From a virus, in the IMG/VR virus record IMGVR_UViG_3300046007_008124, positions 28,078 to 92,077 of that record: 64,000 nt of DNA; one strand, 5' to 3'. The notes under the pieces were generated by a model that was not told where the DNA came from, searched no databases, and saw nothing but the letters and a program-made list of their open reading frames with translations. Numbering within the stretch: position 1 is the stretch's first letter; each line of letters starts with the position of its first letter. Below are positions 61,301 through 64,000 of the stretch, in pieces. Made by a program: the position numbers and the translations under genes.

Positions 61301-62093
61301 ATTTAGTACATCGTTTACTGGTACAAGACAACCGTTTTATAGTTTACCAAAAATAGATAATTTTATTCAATCATTAAGTGTAAACTTAATTAGTAGAATT
61401 AAAGAACAATTACAAGTACAAGAAAATGAAAGAAAAAGTTTTAGCGGAAACGTAATAACTGAAACAACTAATGTTGTTGCAAATGTATTAGGAACAGAAA
61501 AATTAACATCAAATCAAAATTGTGCTGATAAATTAAATAGTAATTATGTTGGATTTACAACCGTTGACGCACCAAAAATTGTAACTAAAACCGCGAAAGA
61601 AATGGATACAATATTGAAAAATAGATTAATAAATATTGGTTTAAAAACTGGTGAAGAAAGAGAGTTTGATTTAAGACAACTTTTATTTATTTTCTTCTAT
61701 CTAGATACCGGTGGTCAGACAGGATTTAGTGCTTATGAAAATAATTTTGGTTCTGTTAGTTTAACCGAAACGTATGGACCAACATTTATTAATTTTATTG
61801 ATAAAAAATATTTTTGTGTTAGTAAGTCTAATAATACAAATGTACCAACAGTTTCATTCCCAAGTGTTGAAAATTTTGTTGATTTTGCAATATCAAAAAT
61901 AAACCCATCAATCGGATCTTACTCAACAAATAGAACATTACAAAATGCTGTTAAACAATATGTTAATTTATGGGCAGCCGTTAGAAATCCTGATGTTTAC
62001 AACAAATTAACAGAACAAGACAAAACTAACATAGAAAATAAAGCAAGACAAGGTTTACAAGTTTTCGATTCAATAAATCCAACTTCCAATTAG
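55314..62093 (+). CDS. Giant baseplate hub protein (gp27/VgrG-like termini with large inserts)
   Basis: N-terminal LGIKSINI...ITLEDVKGRALFE...PYPIFYLTIKGFYG; C-terminal SYTCSVDMMGNALIQPMMYF...GPYMITKVSH. Confidence 0.55.
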   Translation: MVDNGENILVEFDYDNITLVDPNKVIDEEGKVRERYVKQENLMMYANLECSVVPRTKLAIGAPLNDNVRTISVGKINFLNPGFKKFMSTSWSDELTGKDTVKGEGVNQPKLNAVQNPKKSDDYYITQSQYSNGTPGSVDTGLLGIKSINIDINTAFYPTVSITLEDVKGRALFEAGNNSPYAAFFQLPYPIFYLTIKGFYGKAVRYPLMLQTFSSTFDGSSGNFKISLKLHGYKYGIMSYVNWGQMLAVPHMYNTFVNKNLPTNNSGTQTSVSVDNGEVTITATRNRNRKPELVSRGYQKMKEVYSEYKTKGLIDDDFPEYTVTKLKSKLDNFIKEILEKFSKENLGTLTELDNFQTLLTEFQKKVFFNTNSWYRTYLDEKTPFVLTNESKVYTYKKDYNTPEKRTAAETELDGILKDFVQKLSANSVAGTNGSYTVSGKVTKSQVPIDVDLKKIKIDVTDKDVNFSESYKEIFGKNASKSATTATTVVDEFKQNYTSIINNSLFYSFDGKGRFNEIIEIASKNVTTLRSEIEKKITESLAEQLSRKDSGIGFKPTIRNILAPFFAQGEAFIRLMDDVHTKAWEVRENPYRKAAVIGGSSTAQSVDVKVPGQTTEPIYPWPQVLREYTAEDGNEKFEQKYPGDPSISSLTKAYIPELWPEIEFVEEYIKGFIEREQPEPDIGDTNNGELKPNRLSLNSVDFPITNEVFQNKEESKFYYEIYERVMVNAFYSKLSRQSGYQSSVYLVESENEKLNVLKSLGSESPFLQKKLKQYLIDGGNFTTFLRHISNQGEGESWQKFIRGEIVTPYLKNKVDNPAQIFNRGLLSSEKSQPSLSLTQANKITDYIQNLTSSNEFDFTDMYPITNLDWSKKYLANGKSVNGDKEIFNTNKVLKYNTVHKTITNFSIDDTTTTKRPVTNYNYTTNIFNQTINTNLKQFYNNRKIEEQFITEGNVNYSNYEAYLTDTQTTSILNTPFFINSIQNGLFNFRYKSNDLSPYKSAAYYFINSLPLATLREKYKDLESNTELDYIISTLKKFGGVHRMPYAWILKYGSIWHRYKTWNRKGTDVLDESWNNFNYLANYDPSNSASTKTFTLNINNQPKNIVLTDNITNGSNTVTTMNVGFYPKLIDDMNVFLQGLKLFSGTTQLNGTATAYNDILVVETINDNNLLPGQILAGPGVELNTTIVSQLSGTTGGIGIYKVNLAQNPTVLNGVCSITGTTMDVLSITGGTLSVNQKIVGQSLEINTKILSQVSGTTGGVGRYTIDIPQNVTSSNFFLSNPQIFYVTNASTAGYSQGEVQTLLDDGKLILSTTIESKIVKPTGFDNSDNGRSLNLSTWSVLTKNNTDDKYFIIPSFGNTINQINDECFKNNNLKIEITNNPALFNGSVRMFWGAPNYGYFDLTKITKPDPSSYMKEIFPDKAIQQNFSLNGDNKKYNKISEIFTTFETEVLDYFEEEFLNFSRSIYDYNTLIAGEPGEETELEIAFKNFQYLMRQLMVIEKPTNLQNETLVDEVIKKQNENFQKVLNKFMEYDVVLKMGNPTMYDKRLFYTFSTKFIEDPISYQGYNQGAPGSLPTNGGSITLAQSKSANPQTWKDLEYYVGFSEIPELVYSDNGSYITDFFVDMNVQFNEKNVKDFAPIIKLYATQKLINKNINVSEFFTLMNTYLDTTELYLNNVLNDLMTGIRNELPEIVVTNEGLDNKAPLQGDQSRDELWDMFKALNDTWIAGADLKTKTIFEDLLLFDRASRDIGQKVLVDIFKVKDMIETGLVKNTWYNIISTILQENNFTIFPIPAFSNFYNVQDAVKNPVPKAEGSLEFANSFWGTFLNVDYRNTTPKILCYYNSKPSNHLAMNDNADYRYRDDAFDLRRASDNPLLENQLNKNNWDKSNKVVGFNVDVSSQNQQIFESFTLGQDAGQPTAESLEMINQMANQSRNRGTATQSVSLYNLYKNRSYTCSVDMMGNALIQPMMYFNLRNVPMFSGPYMITKVSHQIGEGSFSTSFTGTRQPFYSLPKIDNFIQSLSVNLISRIKEQLQVQENERKSFSGNVITETTNVVANVLGTEKLTSNQNCADKLNSNYVGFTTVDAPKIVTKTAKEMDTILKNRLINIGLKTGEEREFDLRQLLFIFFYLDTGGQTGFSAYENNFGSVSLTETYGPTFINFIDKKYFCVSKSNNTNVPTVSFPSVENFVDFAISKINPSIGSYSTNRTLQNAVKQYVNLWAAVRNPDVYNKLTEQDKTNIENKARQGLQVFDSINPTSN

Positions 62094-62136
62094 ATTTTAT
62101 TGAATATTAAGATATTTATTAAATAAAAATATAATT

Positions 62137-62361
62137 ATGAATACAAAATTAATTTTAGACAATTATTTAGGTAAAAATACAAGATTGTCAGAAAAAGACG
62201 CTGGTAATGGTTACAAAGAAGTTTGTGATTTAGATACTGGGGATTGTTATACAATTAGAGAAAAAGATGGTCTTATTGAAAGAGTTGATAACACAATGAA
62301 AACAAATAAAAGAATCCAGGTTGAAACTAAAACAGGGATAAAACAATTATTAAATGGTTAA
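62137..62361 (+). CDS. Hypothetical protein
   Basis: TATTTAT upstream; EVCDLDTGDCYTI motif. Confidence 0.6.
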   Translation: MNTKLILDNYLGKNTRLSEKDAGNGYKEVCDLDTGDCYTIREKDGLIERVDNTMKTNKRIQVETKTGIKQLLNG

Positions 62362-63058
62362 TATGAGTATAGATAAAAAAATACTAGAAGAAATAAAAAG
62401 ATTTAAAAATATAAATAATTATATTTTTGAACAAGATGCACCACCATTAGACCCAGCGGCAGGAGCACCACCATTAGACCCAGCGGCAGGAGCACCACCA
62501 TTAGACCCAGCTGCAGCAGGAGGAGCACCACCAGCACCAGGAGCACCACCAGCACCAGGAGCACCACCAGCACCAGGAGCACCAACAGGGGCAACACCAG
62601 TTGATTTAGCAACAGATAAAGATGTTAAAGAATTAAGTCCTGAAGGTGAAGATGAAGAAGGTGAAAAATTAGATATTACTGATTTAGTAGATTCACAAAA
62701 AAATATCGAACAAAAACAAGAGGAATATTTTAATAACCTATTTAATCAATTATCAACGTTAGAAAAAAAATTAGCAGATATGGATCAATTAGTTTCTAAA
62801 ATTGATGGTTTAGAAAGTAAGATTGAAAAAATGAGACCAAAAACACCAGAAGAAAAGTTAGAGTTAAGGAGTCTTGATTCAGGACCTTTTAATCAAAAAC
62901 TAACCGATTTTTTTGATGATAAACAAGATGAAATGGAAAAATCTGGTAAAAATGAGTATGTTTTAACTTCAGATGATGTTGAATCATTTTCCAAAGACCA
63001 AATAGAAGATTCTTTTTATGATTATGAAGATAATGAAAAAGATACTGATGTAATGTAA
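62354..63058 (+). CDS. Acidic Pro/Ala-repeat coiled-coil protein (scaffold/internal-protein-like; true start may be 62363)
   Basis: ILEEIKRFKNINNYIFEQ leader, (APPLDPAAG)3 and (APPAPG)3 repeats, coiled-coil C-half. Confidence 0.55.
   Translation: MVNMSIDKKILEEIKRFKNINNYIFEQDAPPLDPAAGAPPLDPAAGAPPLDPAAAGGAPPAPGAPPAPGAPPAPGAPTGATPVDLATDKDVKELSPEGEDEEGEKLDITDLVDSQKNIEQKQEEYFNNLFNQLSTLEKKLADMDQLVSKIDGLESKIEKMRPKTPEEKLELRSLDSGPFNQKLTDFFDDKQDEMEKSGKNEYVLTSDDVESFSKDQIEDSFYDYEDNEKDTDVM
62438..62585 (+). repeat. GC-rich coding tandem repeats (27-nt x3, then 18-nt x3)
   Basis: GCACCACCATTAGACCCAGCGGCAGGA and GCACCACCAGCACCAGGA units. Confidence 0.85.
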
Positions 63059-63060
63059 TG

Positions 63061-63087
63061 TTTAAGGTCGTATTTTGCGACCTTAAA
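63061..63087. terminator. Perfect 10-bp hairpin, possible terminator or processing site
   Basis: TTTAAGGTCG-TATTTTG-CGACCTTAAA. Confidence 0.6.
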
Positions 63088-63104
63088 TAATTTTTAATAC
63101 TTTA

Positions 63105-63133
63105 TTGACTGCGACAACAATTTAACTTATATT
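63105..63133 (+). promoter_or_regulatory. Host-RNAP-type promoter TTGACT-N17-TATATT
   Basis: Same architecture as the promoter upstream of polB. Confidence 0.55.
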
Positions 63134-63163
63134 TTCTATTGTAAACTTTTAAATTATATATAT

Positions 63164-64000
63164 ATGGCGACAAACAATGTTTTAGATGCGGTTTTGGCTC
63201 AGTATGAAAGCTCAAAACAAAGTGGTTCTTCTTCCACTGCAAAGATGTCACAAGAAGAAAGAATGAAAAAGTATTTTGCTGCAATACTTAAAGACAACGA
63301 AAAGCAAGCACAAAAGAAAATCCGTATTTTACCTACTCCAGACGGATCTTCACCTTTTAAAGAGGTATGGTTCCACGAAATTCTTGTGGACGGAAAATGG
63401 CAGAAATTTTATGATCCAGGAAAAAATGACAATGAACGTTCACCGTTAAGTGAAGTTTATGATGTTCTTATGTCAACTGGTAAAGAATCTGACAAAGAAT
63501 TAGCAAAACAATACAAACCTCGTAAGTTTTACATTGTTAAGGTAATTGACCGTGAGAATGAACAAGACGGACCTAAATTCTGGAGGTTCAAACACAATTA
63601 CAAACAAGAAGGAATTTTTGATAAAATCATTCCAATCTATAAGGCAAAAGGTGATGTTGCAGATGGTGAAAAAGGGAGAGACCTTATTTTAGAATTGACA
63701 AAAGCAAAAACACCAAAAGGTGCCTTCTATACGGTAATTCAAACAGTTATGTATGATGATCCATCTCCAGTTCACGAAGACGAAGAAACAATGACATCTT
63801 GGTTGGAAGACGAACTTACTTGGGAAGATGTATATTCTAAAAAACCAGCTGAATATCTTGAAGCAATTGCTCGCGGTGAAACACCAAGATGGGATTCTGA
63901 TGCTGGAAAATACATATACAGCAATACTTCTGAGGAAGAAATTTCAATGGGTGGAGGAAAATCAAAACCAGAAACAAAAGTTGAAGACCCACAAGCCGAT
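63164..64000 (+). CDS. Single-stranded DNA-binding protein (T4 gp32-like), 3'-truncated; not in ORF track
   Basis: Open frame MATNNVLDAVLAQYE...KIRILPTPDGSSPFKEVWFH...YKPRKFYIVKVIDRENEQDGPKFWRF...GRDL that runs off the window end. Confidence 0.75.
   Translation, partial: MATNNVLDAVLAQYESSKQSGSSSTAKMSQEERMKKYFAAILKDNEKQAQKKIRILPTPDGSSPFKEVWFHEILVDGKWQKFYDPGKNDNERSPLSEVYDVLMSTGKESDKELAKQYKPRKFYIVKVIDRENEQDGPKFWRFKHNYKQEGIFDKIIPIYKAKGDVADGEKGRDLILELTKAKTPKGAFYTVIQTVMYDDPSPVHEDEETMTSWLEDELTWEDVYSKKPAEYLEAIARGETPRWDSDAGKYIYSNTSEEEISMGGGKSKPETKVEDPQAD

Noticed and set aside
41845-62093. Bacterial contractile injection system or tailocin
   Set aside because: Neck proteins, DNA polymerase, SSB, helicase and homing endonucleases point to a replicating phage.
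63102-63284. Minus-strand 60-aa ORF
   Set aside because: It overlaps the promoter and start of the much better supported plus-strand SSB gene.
1-64000. Alternative genetic code (stop-codon reassignment)
   Set aside because: Long intact ORFs tile the window under the standard code, and TAA, TGA and TAG all end genes at sensible places.
1-64000. tRNA, rRNA or known ncRNA genes
   Set aside because: Intergenic gaps are short and AT-rich, and no cloverleaf or T-loop signature was seen by eye. A covariance-model scan would be needed to exclude them formally.

Overview
This 64 kb window is AT-rich (about 30% GC by eye), gene-dense, and comes from a large T4-superfamily-like contractile-tailed phage. 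The right half holds a family B DNA polymerase, a SNF2 helicase, gp13/gp14/gp15-like neck proteins, tail sheath, tail tube, tail chaperone, tape measure, baseplate proteins and a truncated gp32-like SSB. The A-rich leaders without Shine-Dalgarno sequences suggest a Bacteroidota host (inference). The left half (1-30.4 kb) is an accessory virion-surface island. It has four paralogous fibre/adhesin genes built from 15-aa STVSGGxxNTSSxxx repeats with shuffled plug-in domains, Pro/Thr-rich mucin-like proteins, a PKD/DUF285 protein and a papain-fused protein. These are interleaved with five glycosyltransferase-like genes (GT8, an Aah/TibC-like iron-finger O-heptosyltransferase, GT9-like, GT60, HtrL+GT-A) and a sulfation module (sulfotransferase, APS kinase, HxGH nucleotidyltransferase, DUF2061). 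The best candidate for a new system is a phage-encoded pathway that glycosylates and sulfates its own virion proteins. Other signals: a TATTTAT motif before most genes, a likely +1 frameshift (UUU UUU CGG) in the tail chaperone, a peptidase-SOD-nuclease-like fusion, a cassette flanked by 19-bp direct repeats, two unannotated RHH-like ORFs, and a hairpin in the polymerase leader. All family calls come from recognising motifs by eye; no database searches were run.
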